Assembly: GCA_000002445.1 (NCBI GenBank)
Contig: CM000207.1
Span: 736,001 to 800,000, forward strand
Length of the DNA: 64,000 nucleotides
Direction: 5' to 3'
Source: Trypanosoma brucei
Lineage: Eukaryota
Shown here piece by piece: positions 10,942 through 21,330 of this stretch (the stretch's first letter is position 1; each line of letters starts with the position of its first letter). Under the pieces are notes generated by a model. That model was not told the origin of the DNA. It did no database searches and was given only the letters and a program-made list of their open reading frames with translations. The position numbers and the translations under genes were made by a program.

Positions 10942-13068
10942 TTGAGAAGTGGGGGCACCATGGGGGGATGTGTGATTTCCGTCATGGACTACATGAACAA
11001 TCGCTCTGAGGTTGAGAATGAGCATGTGAAAAAATTTCGTGCGCTTGGCAAGGTTGCTGTCCCTGTGCCCGGCAGCGAAACTTCTGATTGCTCTCCCATC
11101 TACCGTCTCGTAACTGACGACGGCAAAGATATTGAAGAGGTGCGGCGGGAGTGGTACGAGGGTGAGTGCCTTCCGCAGCGCTTCGCAGCCCTTTGCAAGC
11201 GTCAACCCAAGCAGCGTGCCCTTGCCTACCGCCCAGTGGATCGGGTAGAAAAGGCTGTAATTAAGGATCTGCACACGGGAACAGAGAAGACAGTGAACGT
11301 AACACATTTCAAGGAGACGAAATACCTTGACTACGGCACCTTCTGGGACTACATCGAGTCGTTTGGGCGAGGTCTCGTGGAGTTGGGTATTTCACCAAAC
11401 TCCCGAGTCGCCATATACGAGGAGACGCGGTGGGAGTGGTTGGCAACAATTTACGGTATCTGGTCGCAGAATATGGTTGCCACCACAGTGTACGCCAATC
11501 TTGGCGAAGATGCGCTCGCGTATGCCCTCCGGGAAACAGGCTGCAAGGGGATCATTTGCAATGCGAAGAATGTGAGTGTTGTTATTAAATTCATGAGTGA
11601 AGGCATCACACCTTCCGCACCCATCATCTACAATGGGAGCCTTCCTGCCTCTGTCGACCAGGAGGCCTGCCATCTCGTATCGTGGGAGGAAGTTGTGAAA
11701 CTTGGTCGTGAGGCCCGTGACCGGCTTCCGTTGAACAACTCTGGAAGGGCAGATGACCTTGCTCTCATCATGTATACGAGTGGTACGACGGGGGACCCCA
11801 AAGGTGTCATTCACACACATGGCTCACTGATGTCGGGAGTTCATGCACTTGACCACAGGCTGAACGAGGTAATGGGTTGCCATGTTAAAGGGGAAACATA
11901 CTGCGCTTACCTGCCTCTTGCCCACATTTTGGAGTTAGGAGTCGTTAACATCTTCATTGCCCGCGGTGCACTGATATGCTTTGGAAGCCCCTTTACACTG
12001 ACTGACCTCACTGCAAGGCCCCGTGGTGACCTAGCAGAGTACAATCCATCACTTTTAATTGGCGTACCGCGCATATACGATACGCTGAAGAAGGCAATTC
12101 AGGCGAAACTGCCGGCTCCTGGCACGTTCAAGCGTCGTGCTTTTGACCATGCCTTCCAGAGCCGCTTGCGTGCCTTTAAGGATGGCAAAGATTCGCCGTA
12201 CTGGGATGCGAAGGTGTTTGCAGCTACCCGTGCCGTTTTGGGGAAGGGAATACGAATTGCTTTGTCCGGCGGAGGCCCTCTGAGTACAGCCACACAAGAT
12301 TTTGTTAATGTGGTTCTGGCTCGCACGATTCAAGGTTGGGGCCTCACGGAGACGGTGTGTGTCGGAGGTGTTCAGTTTACAGGCGATATTGAAACCGGTG
12401 CTGTTGGACCCCCGCTGCTATCGGAGGAAGTGAAACTACTGGACGTGGAAGGATACAAACACACCGATGAGCCCGATCCTCGTGGGGAAATTCTTCTGCG
12501 TGGTCCATTCCTCTTCAAAGGGTACTACAAGCAGGAAGAACTAACCAAGGAGGTGCTTGATGAAGATGGTTGGTTTCATACGGGTGACGTTGGCAGCATC
12601 GACCCCAATGGAACCCTTCGCATCATTGGCCGCGTGAAGGCCTTGGCAAAGAATGTTCTTGGAGAGTATGTTGCCATGGAAGCTTTGGAATCCATGTATG
12701 CACACAACTCGCTGAGCATGCCCAACGGTGTTTGTGTCCTCGTGCATCCTGACAGACCGTACATTTGTGCGCTTGTTCTTACTGATGAAGCGAAGGTTGT
12801 TGCGTTCACGAGGGAGCATGGATTGAAAGGTAAATACCCTGAAGTTCTGCAGGACCCCGAGTTTCAGAAGAAGGCTACAGCATCATTTCAGGAGACGGCT
12901 CGTGCATCTGATCGACAGAAGTTTGAGATTGTACGTCACGTACGCCTACTGAGTGATGAGTGGACTCCTGAAAATGGTGCGCTGACGGCTGTGGGAAAAC
13001 TGAAGCGACGCGTCATCGATGAGAGGTACACTGATATCATAGCACCACTTTTCGTGGAGGAGTGCTGA
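10942..13068 (+). CDS. ACS3: Long-chain fatty acyl-CoA synthetase, third copy
   Basis: 708 aa with the same AMP-binding motifs. Over 95 percent identical to copy 4 by eye; the differences sit in a few short patches (for example GCHVKGETYCAYLPLAHILELGVVNIFIARG). Confidence 0.85.
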   Translation: MRSGGTMGGCVISVMDYMNNRSEVENEHVKKFRALGKVAVPVPGSETSDCSPIYRLVTDDGKDIEEVRREWYEGECLPQRFAALCKRQPKQRALAYRPVDRVEKAVIKDLHTGTEKTVNVTHFKETKYLDYGTFWDYIESFGRGLVELGISPNSRVAIYEETRWEWLATIYGIWSQNMVATTVYANLGEDALAYALRETGCKGIICNAKNVSVVIKFMSEGITPSAPIIYNGSLPASVDQEACHLVSWEEVVKLGREARDRLPLNNSGRADDLALIMYTSGTTGDPKGVIHTHGSLMSGVHALDHRLNEVMGCHVKGETYCAYLPLAHILELGVVNIFIARGALICFGSPFTLTDLTARPRGDLAEYNPSLLIGVPRIYDTLKKAIQAKLPAPGTFKRRAFDHAFQSRLRAFKDGKDSPYWDAKVFAATRAVLGKGIRIALSGGGPLSTATQDFVNVVLARTIQGWGLTETVCVGGVQFTGDIETGAVGPPLLSEEVKLLDVEGYKHTDEPDPRGEILLRGPFLFKGYYKQEELTKEVLDEDGWFHTGDVGSIDPNGTLRIIGRVKALAKNVLGEYVAMEALESMYAHNSLSMPNGVCVLVHPDRPYICALVLTDEAKVVAFTREHGLKGKYPEVLQDPEFQKKATASFQETARASDRQKFEIVRHVRLLSDEWTPENGALTAVGKLKRRVIDERYTDIIAPLFVEEC

Positions 13069-14440
13069 TGAATGGTGCGGATCTCCATGGGGCGGTCTAT
13101 TAATTGTGTTTGTGATGTTAATCAGTTCCTATTGTCCATCTGAATTGTCCTCTCTACACGTTCCATTATCTGTTTTCCGTCGGTCCAACTTCTTGATGCT
13201 GGTGGCGACAGCTTGCACGACAGGTTGTAAGCGTTAAGGCATGCAGGGTTGGTTTTGCAGCACGGGGGAGGGTATTGAAATACGTAATTTTTCCTAGTTG
13301 ATACATTTGATTACACTTGGTTTTGTTGTAGTGACTCTGTTTATTGCTTTGGCTGTGCTTGTTATATTGTGCAGACAACACGGTGTGCAAGTCGAGAAAC
13401 CCAAGTTACACCTGTATGCTCGTTTTCACGGGGTTGTGTATGCGTGAGTGCTATTTATTGGGTAACAGAGTCACCCTGCTGTTGCCTTTTTTCTTCCGCT
13501 TCGGGTGTTGGGGATTCTTCTTTTATCATTATTATTGTTATCCTCTTTTTTACTTGTTTTTAATTTTTGGCTTACGGTCAGGAGATTACTTACCCCCCTC
13601 CCCATCCAGTGGTTTTCCACATTGTCTAACTCACCGTAGGCCTTAGGCGCTTTGACATGATTTTCCATTCGCCCCTCCTGTGCACTTATGTCCGCGTCCC
13701 GTTACTTCTCACTCGTGCACTGTGCCTCGGTGCGATTCTTCCATTGTTTGTTTTTATTGACTACAAGTTTTTGTGGAAGGTTTCTTATAACATAAGCAAC
13801 TTAGGAATCACTGAGACGCATTGGCACACATTTCCCACCGCATCCCTCCCCTTGCTGTAGTCTTGTGTTGTTACGAGTGCCAGATGTTTGACCATCCAAT
13901 ATGTACGACAATGACATCTGACCGCGGCACGTACGGGATCTGAAGGGGATTATCATGACAGCTGCAACCCGTAAATGTATGCTCGCTGATCCTGGTGCGC
14001 GTGTCTGTATGTGTGTAGGTTGCGCATCCTCAATAGTTACGAACCTTCATATTTCCCATTTCTTGTCATCTCGCGAGCACAAACCCTGGAGGCCACAGGT
14101 TAACCGCGTACCTGTTATTGCTTTTTTCCTCTGTTTTCCTTCTGTTCTTCCTATCTTCGTCACGCCCCTCCTCATTTCTCTATCTTGCTTGCTACGATAG
14201 CCATACCAAAAGACTGTAAAGCACAACCGCTCTGCAACAAGCACTAAGGGAAGAAAGACAGGTGATTGTGGATACGGTTGAACCTGAAGGGAAGGGAAGC
14301 AATCGGGACAGCAGTGGTGCGCGCCACGTGTGTTTGTGGGAGGAAGGCTTGTTAAGGTTGGCGAAATCATCTTAAAAGCCACCATTCACACCCAGTAAGT
14401 ATTGTACTTCATAGGAAGCCTTTGCTTTTAAGATCCGATA

Positions 14441-16567
14441 TTGAGAAGTGGGGGCACCATGGGGGGATGTGTGATTTCCGTCATGGACTACATGAACAAT
14501 CGCTCTGAGGTTGAGAATGAGCATGTGAAAAAATTTCGTGCGCTTGGCAAGGTTGCTGTCCCTGTGCCCGGCAGCGAAACTTCTGATTGCTCTCCCATCT
14601 ACCGTCTCGTAACTGACGACGGCAAAGATATTGAAGAGGTGCGGCGGGAGTGGTACGAGGGTGAGTGCCTTCCGCAGCGCTTCGCAGCCCTTTGCAAGCG
14701 TCAACCCAAGCAGCGTGCCCTTGCCTACCGCCCAGTGGATCGGGTAGAAAAGGCTGTAATTAAGGATCTGCACACGGGAACAGAAAAGATGATGAACGTA
14801 ACACATTTCAAGGAGACGAAATACCTTGACTACGGCACCTTCTGGGACTACATCGAGTCGTTTGGGCGAGGTCTCGTGGAGTTGGGTATTTCACCAAGCT
14901 CCCGAGTCGCCATATACGAGGAGACGCGGTGGGAGTGGTTGGCAACAATTTACGGTATCTGGTCGCAGAATATGGTTGCCACCACAGTGTACGCCAATCT
15001 TGGGGAAGATGCGCTCGCGTATGCCCTCCGGGAAACAGGCTGCAAGGGGATCATTTGCAATGCGAAGAATGTGAGTGTTGTTATTAAATTCATGAGTGAA
15101 GGCATCACACCTTCCGCACCCATCATCTACAATGGGAGCCTTCCTGCCTCTGTCGACCAGGAGGCCTGCCATCTCGTATCGTGGGAGGAAGTTGTGAAAC
15201 TTGGTCGTGAGGCCCGTGACCGGCTTCCGTTGAACAACTCTGGAAGGGCAGATGACCTTGCTCTCATCATGTATACGAGTGGTACGACGGGGGACCCCAA
15301 AGGTGTCATTCACACACATGGCTCACTGATGTCGGGAGTTCATGCACTTGACCACAGGCTGAATGCTGTAATGGGACCGTTGCGGGATGGAGAAACTTAC
15401 CTGTCTTACCTGCCTCTTGCCCACATTTTGGAGTTAGGAGTGCTAAGCGTATTCATTGCCCGCGGTGCACTGATATGCTTTGGAAGCCCCTTTACACTGA
15501 CTGACCTCACTGCAAGGCCCCGTGGTGACCTAGCAGAGTACAATCCATCACTTTTAATTGGCGTACCGCGCATATACGATACGCTGAAGAAGGCAATTCA
15601 GGCGAAACTGCCGGCTCCTGGCACGTTCAAGCGTCGTGCTTTTGACCATGCCTTCCAGAGCCGCTTGCGTGCCTTTAAGGATGGCAAAGATTCGCCGTAC
15701 TGGGATGCGAAGGTGTTTGCAGCTACCCGTGCCGTTTTGGGGAAGAATATGTACATGGTTTTGTCCGGCGGAGGCCCTCTGAGTACAGCCACACAAGATT
15801 TCCTCAATGTTGCAGTCGTTCGTATAATTCAAGGTTGGGGCCTCACGGAGACGGTGTGTGTCGGAGGTGTTCAACTTACAGGCGATATTGAAACCGGTGC
15901 TGTTGGACCCCCGCTGCTATCGGAGGAAGTGAAACTACTGGACGTGGAAGGATACAAACACACCGATGAGCCCGATCCTCGTGGGGAAATTCTTCTGCGT
16001 GGTCCATTCCTCTTCAAAGGGTACTACAAGCAGGAAGAACTAACCAAGGAGGCAATAGATGAGGATGGTTGGTTTCATACGGGTGACGTTGGCAGCATCG
16101 GCCCCAATGGAACCCTTCGCATCATTGGCCGCGTGAAGGCCTTGGCAAAGAATGTTCTTGGAGAGTATGTTGCCATGGAGACGTTGGAATCCATGTATGC
16201 ACACAACTCGCTGAGCATGCCCAACGGTGTTTGTGTCCTCGTGCATCCTGACAGACCGTACATTTGTGCGCTTGTTCTTACTGATGAAGCGAAGGTTGTT
16301 GCGTTCACGAGGGAGCACGGATTGAAAGGTAAATACCCTGAAGTTCTGCAGGACCCCGAGTTTCAGAAGAAGGCTACAGCATCATTTCAGGAGACGGCTC
16401 GTGCATCTGATCGACAGAAGTTTGAGATTGTACGTCACGTACGCCTACTGAGTGATGAGTGGACTCCTGAAAATGGTGTGCTGACGGCCGCAGGCAAACT
16501 GAAGCGACGCGTCATCGATGAGAAGTACACTGATACTATTGTGTCACTTTTCGTGGAGGAGTGCTGA
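14441..16567 (+). CDS. ACS4: Long-chain fatty acyl-CoA synthetase, fourth copy
   Basis: 708 aa. Its N-terminus is identical to copy 3, with variant patches GPLRDGETYLSYLPLAHILELGVLSVFIARG and LGKNMYMVLSGGG. Its last ~30 residues are identical to copy 2 rather than copy 3. Confidence 0.85.
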   Translation: MRSGGTMGGCVISVMDYMNNRSEVENEHVKKFRALGKVAVPVPGSETSDCSPIYRLVTDDGKDIEEVRREWYEGECLPQRFAALCKRQPKQRALAYRPVDRVEKAVIKDLHTGTEKMMNVTHFKETKYLDYGTFWDYIESFGRGLVELGISPSSRVAIYEETRWEWLATIYGIWSQNMVATTVYANLGEDALAYALRETGCKGIICNAKNVSVVIKFMSEGITPSAPIIYNGSLPASVDQEACHLVSWEEVVKLGREARDRLPLNNSGRADDLALIMYTSGTTGDPKGVIHTHGSLMSGVHALDHRLNAVMGPLRDGETYLSYLPLAHILELGVLSVFIARGALICFGSPFTLTDLTARPRGDLAEYNPSLLIGVPRIYDTLKKAIQAKLPAPGTFKRRAFDHAFQSRLRAFKDGKDSPYWDAKVFAATRAVLGKNMYMVLSGGGPLSTATQDFLNVAVVRIIQGWGLTETVCVGGVQLTGDIETGAVGPPLLSEEVKLLDVEGYKHTDEPDPRGEILLRGPFLFKGYYKQEELTKEAIDEDGWFHTGDVGSIGPNGTLRIIGRVKALAKNVLGEYVAMETLESMYAHNSLSMPNGVCVLVHPDRPYICALVLTDEAKVVAFTREHGLKGKYPEVLQDPEFQKKATASFQETARASDRQKFEIVRHVRLLSDEWTPENGVLTAAGKLKRRVIDEKYTDTIVSLFVEEC

Positions 16568-16572
16568 TGAAT

Positions 16573-16573
<1 letters not shown>

Positions 16574-16634
<61 letters not shown>

Positions 16635-16640
16635 CGTGTG
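16574..16640. repeat. (GT)n microsatellite of about 28 perfect units plus an imperfect GC-interrupted tail, directly after the ACS4 stop codon
   Basis: Direct read: atggtgtgtgtg...gtgtgcgtgcgtgtg. The spurious ORF 16518..16748 translates it as repeated CVCV. Confidence 0.95.
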
Positions 16641-17841
16641 TTTATTTATTTTATCATTTATCTTTGGATTTCTTTGCCTTCTGGCTTTTTGTGGTTAACA
16701 TGTAAGTTTACTGCTCTAATATCTTACATTTTAAGTATACTTTCCTAGTCTGTTTTTTTTTTGTCCTGGCAGCATTCTTATTCGGTGCCCTTATGGTTGT
16801 TAAAGTTTGGGAAGAGGAATAGGCGAAAATCTTTTGTTCACCGTAGTCACTTTATATTCAGTTGAGGAAATCGTCGCATCACCACAAATTCTCATTTTTT
16901 GTTTAACCTTGATAACCCCACCTTGTTGTCGTGGTACGTTAAAACATGTGTTTTCAATGTTTTGTTCAGGGTCGTTGCCTTTGAGAGGTGAGCCTGTACA
17001 TTTGTTGCTTGTGGGCGAATGACTGATGCTGTTGTTTTCTATATATTGGCAAACAAACGGTTTCTTCTGCATGTGCTGTGCTCTTTTCTATTACTTCTAC
17101 TGTTTGGATGTGTGTGAAGGGTTGTTTCTTCTTTTCGTTGTTGTTTTTGTCTGTGGCGCAGTCGACAGGAGGGGCTTGGTGGAAGCCGTTTTGTTTTTTT
17201 GCCTGTGAACCCTCCGCCGTTTTGTTGGTAATTGTTTTCCTTTTTTTGTGGCGTGCAGTCTGCCCGTTATTATAATTGTGACCGAGGCTTTGTCTTAACG
17301 GGCTTGCAAGTATTAGTGGAGTTTCTATTTAATGCTTCCCCCCGTTTGTTCTGTGACGATGTTTTGCCACTGTTTGTAATTAATTTCATTAACGTGAGAT
17401 CGTCTGCCTTCTTTGTGTTTTCACTTGCATGCGGCAGTGTCCGTGCTTATGATTTTGAGGCGCGCAAGGTTGTGCATTTAATGTCATTCCTTTTTTTTTT
17501 TAAACGTCGCCACCTTTCCCCGTCCTGTAACGTGTTGTCTTTCTGCAGGGTGATTAGTTATAGCTGAGCAGACGACCCTGTTTCTCAGCTGTCAAGCATC
17601 AAGGCGGAAGGAGTAGAAGCCCTTTCATTGAACAGACACGCTGCGGTGGGAGATCATTCGTTCACTGCCATATTTTTTGCTCCTATAGATTTACCCCTTC
17701 GCTTGTCTTTGCGTGCTAACGCAAGCACAGCGCTGTTGGGGGTGGGGGAGCAAGTAGTGAGAGGACTGCGGAATAATACCAGAGAAGGCGCAACAGAGGA
17801 GCACCGGGCCCATCGAAAGGTGACAACCCCAAACGATAGGA

Positions 17842-18957
17842 ATGCTTTCGACGGTTTGTGGTTCCGGAGCTGCAACTATGAACAATGGCCGGCAGAAGAA
17901 AGTTGATCATTCACGAGGACTTGATTTCTATTTGCCACCTCCAGACGATCGCGAATACCGGCGGGGGAGAATACAGCGGCTACGCGACCAAATAACCGCA
18001 TGGAAGGATCCAAGTCGACCATTTTCTGTCTCCGGCCCCAATTCTATGTTGGGGACGAAGGAGTTCAAGTGGCTGTCAACCCAAAGGAGTTGCTCTTCCG
18101 GACGCACGGCGAACAGCTGCGGCGCAGCCGCCGGAGGTGCAACAGGGTCGAAGTGCGGGAAGGCAGCACCACAACAACCGGATAATGTGTATTTCCATGA
18201 CCACATTGTTTTCTGTGTGCCCTCAGGTAAGGGTCAAACCGAGTCACGTGGTGGGGCTGACGGAATGTGTTATGGTGTTACTACGAACAAGGAAAGCATG
18301 GCTGAGTGTGAACAAGGCCTTCAGCAGACCCATGTTGGACAGCGGTCGGTGTCCACGCGCAGCATTGGGGCGAACTCTGTTGGCATTTCAAGAGCCGATG
18401 GCGACAAGCAAGGGACAATGCGTTCTGATTATCGTTCATGTGCAACTTCTCCAACACCCGTGGCCACCCTTCAAAGCATCAAGGCACAAAGCGTCGATCT
18501 CGCCTCCTCTGTTCATGAGGCTCGGATGCAATGCAGACAGGGGGACTTCCCTACACCCCATAGTTCCCAACAACAACTATTCATGCGCACAATGGAACTT
18601 CCAATTGATTGGGGGGAGTACACACGTAACTCGAAGGGCACCACTTGTGCGTCGCGTGGTGATCAATCCGTTCCAAAGTTCGATACGATTCATTCGTGCG
18701 GGCCTGATGTGAGTTCCGTCTGTTTTGTGAACACTTTTACGGGAAGTAATGCATCTTCTCTCGGATTGGAAGGCCGAGCTACAGGAATAAAAGGGGAGAG
18801 CACTCTTAGATCTGCCGCAACACTGCATAACAACGCCCGCCGGCCGTTGCGCCTTTACTCCATTCAGTTGAAGGATTTTCATCCAAGCAGGACATCGACT
18901 ATCACCCCCGGCGCGGATGCACCGCGGAACGGCATACGCGTAAAACTGAAATCATAA
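17842..18957 (+). CDS. Hypothetical protein, 371 aa, Ser/Gly/Arg-rich, no recognisable domain
   Basis: Longest ORF in a region whose GC content is raised relative to the flanking spacers. It is on the same strand as the rest of the cluster. No motifs recognised. Confidence 0.4.
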   Translation: MLSTVCGSGAATMNNGRQKKVDHSRGLDFYLPPPDDREYRRGRIQRLRDQITAWKDPSRPFSVSGPNSMLGTKEFKWLSTQRSCSSGRTANSCGAAAGGATGSKCGKAAPQQPDNVYFHDHIVFCVPSGKGQTESRGGADGMCYGVTTNKESMAECEQGLQQTHVGQRSVSTRSIGANSVGISRADGDKQGTMRSDYRSCATSPTPVATLQSIKAQSVDLASSVHEARMQCRQGDFPTPHSSQQQLFMRTMELPIDWGEYTRNSKGTTCASRGDQSVPKFDTIHSCGPDVSSVCFVNTFTGSNASSLGLEGRATGIKGESTLRSAATLHNNARRPLRLYSIQLKDFHPSRTSTITPGADAPRNGIRVKLKS

Positions 18958-20000
18958 TCTCCAGTCGTGTCTAACTGAGGAAATAAATGTGGTAGGCGAA
19001 GGCTGACAATACGGATGCAAGGTTGGGTAAGTAGATGGTATGAGAGGTGCGAGATGGGCGATGTAAATAAAATTTATTTAGTGATGTACGCAGTTGTGTG
19101 TGTGTATGCGTCTGTGTGCGGGCGTAGGCTGAGATCCCTTTGACGTGGCCATACCAAAAATATCCTCATAGCCTACCTTTGTATATGCTCCTATGGGTGT
19201 GCGTTGTATAAATGTATATTCATTTCCCATTCCTTTCTTTGATGCGATTTGAGTTACCCGTCGTCGTGATCAAGCACGTGCCACGTGTAACTTGGATTTA
19301 CCTAGACGGCAGTCTTTATAACCCAACAGATGGGAGAGCGTTGCACCTTTCTTTGACCACAGTTGAGTTTTTGTAGACTTGCCACAATTTCACCCCCTTT
19401 TTATTGTGACTAGTTTGGGTCATTTAAACTCCTTATTCACGGGATTATATATATATATATATATAATTCTTGTATTACGCAAGGGCACGTCCATTTGTGC
19501 AAGCGGCAATCATTGGCGCCCAGTGCTCCCTCTTTTTTTTCTACGGCGATTGTGAGGGAGTGTGAGGCTCGTATCCTCGTTCATTTTCTTTTATTAACTC
19601 AAACACGTATAGGCAACCAAATGATCCGCACGTATGAGAGCACTAATATCTCTGTTGCATGTCAGCTCGCCAATCCCGTTGTTGTGCTTTGCTTCTTTCC
19701 ACATTCTCTTCAACTTTCGTTTTTGTTGTTTCTTCCTCATTTCTACTTCTCGCACGTAAATGCAAATCTGCTCTCCACTTACTCAATTTAGTTTGTGGAA
19801 TATAAAAGTCCCGAAGGGCCTTTGCTGGTGAAGCACAGGAGGTCCAAGGGAAGAAGAAGAAGTTTGAGACGAGGAATTAGTCACACGTGCAGGAAAAAAA
19901 AAATTGACACTCAAAACATTGAGTGGACAGCTTAGTAGGTGATAGTAGAAGTTGACGGAGGTGTGCTTGCCCTCGTTATAACCGGCAGTGATATATTCAT

Positions 20001-20753
20001 ATGGCACACTGTTGCTTTCTCATCTATCCCCTTGCCAAAGTTGCGGATGAATCATTTCTACAACTACTGTTTGATGACTCAGTTAAGCGCTCTGCGTTTC
20101 TCGGGTATCCTCCCCGTCGTTTCGCCATAGTGGAGCTTGAAGAAAGTCAAAACGAGGCTGTTTTGCGCGCAATCGGGGCAAGAGATGACGATGGCCGCGT
20201 GGAGGCGCGTGAAGATAACGCTGATACACCGTTTGTGGATCTCTTCACACGCACTGGAGCGAAAAAAGGGACGGATCGTAATGAGCCAATAGGACTTCGG
20301 ATGGGCTGTATTCCCCACTTGTCCCAGGTTCGGTTTCGTAGGACGTATTTGCGGGTGATCGTGAGCCCGGTTACCATTGATGAGTTATTTGGTTGTGTTC
20401 AGAAGGATTCTAATCATGTCAAAAAGGAAAAGCGGTCACTGAAAAGGTCGCGTCACACTGATGAGGATGCGGGACCGTGGGTCCCTCGGTGGCCCGTTGC
20501 GAATGGCGATCCAACACTAGCTGGTAGAGTTGAGGTGGTTTCCATGACAGGTGCTTCTCGTGCTGGTTTGAGTGGTGACCCGGAGGACGAAAGGTATCGT
20601 GAACCCTACGCTGAATGTAGTGGTGGTCCTGTTTGTAATATGAGTCCACCCAAAACCTTTTTATCTGACGATAGTGCTGGTGACGCGGCTGGGCGCCGTG
20701 CGCTTGATGTCAGTGTGCAGAATCTCATTAGAGAGTTGGGGTTCGATAAATAA
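20001..20753 (+). CDS. Hypothetical protein, 250 aa
   Basis: An ORF with coding-like composition that is co-directional with the cluster. The true start may be an internal Met. Confidence 0.4.
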   Translation: MAHCCFLIYPLAKVADESFLQLLFDDSVKRSAFLGYPPRRFAIVELEESQNEAVLRAIGARDDDGRVEAREDNADTPFVDLFTRTGAKKGTDRNEPIGLRMGCIPHLSQVRFRRTYLRVIVSPVTIDELFGCVQKDSNHVKKEKRSLKRSRHTDEDAGPWVPRWPVANGDPTLAGRVEVVSMTGASRAGLSGDPEDERYREPYAECSGGPVCNMSPPKTFLSDDSAGDAAGRRALDVSVQNLIRELGFDK

Positions 20754-21201
20754 AGTAAGTGTGGCGTAATTTATGCCACTGTGAGTTACGTGAGGATAAT
20801 CTCCCCTTTGATTTGAAGGAGGATATAGGACCAATTGTGCGCTGCTGTAATACGTTCTCGACCTTGCTGAACACGTAATGGGGAGGGTGGGAAAGTATTA
20901 TAACAGTTTTTTCTTTGCTTTTTTGCTATCCCACGTACTTGTGAGCTGCACCAGTAGACTCTGAGTGGTGCTGATTGTTTTGGTGTTGCACACTCGCTAT
21001 TTGTCTTGCTTTCCACACGCACCTCTCTTCATGTGAAACAATCCTGACTTCTTTCCAATTTATTCTCTAACAAAGTGTTGTCGACTCGACAAGGTGTTGC
21101 TCTTGTCGCCGCGAGCTCGAAGGGGACACGGGTTGTAACGACGGGGAGGACCTCGTTGGCACGTGTGAGAGAGGCTTGTTTCTTCATTTCGTCGGCCGTT
21201 G

Positions 21202-21218
21202 CCCCCCCCCCCCCCCCC
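21202..21218 (+). repeat. Poly(C)17 homopolymer within the polypyrimidine region upstream of the 21331 gene
   Basis: Direct read: gccccccccccccccccccag. Confidence 0.9.
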
Positions 21219-21330
21219 AGGAGTGTACGGTTGGTTTTTGCTCAGTTGAAGTCGACGTACGGTACCAAACAGCCACTAGACTGGCATTTGTGGTTCTGGT
21301 TGCAAACAAGGAAGGGAGGACGAGGGCAAA

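Larger units (their letters stand above)
8925..16571 (+). repeat. About 2.2 near-identical tandem units of roughly 3.5 kb, each covering the 3' third of an ACS gene, the intergenic spacer and the 5' part of the next ACS gene; boundaries approximate
   Basis: The ORF track shows the same antisense ORFs recurring at +3506 and +3499 offsets (9035..9313, 12541..12819, 16040..16318; 10548..10886 and 14047..14385 differ by one residue). Intergenic sequence 9563-10941 matches 13069-14440 except for small indels near 9841-9870 versus 13337-13380. Confidence 0.9.

Noticed and set aside
8925-16571. Repeated units that might be read as a CRISPR-like or satellite array
   Set aside because: The units are 3.5 kb and contain complete protein-coding genes, so this is a tandem gene duplication. 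There are no short direct repeats with unique spacers.
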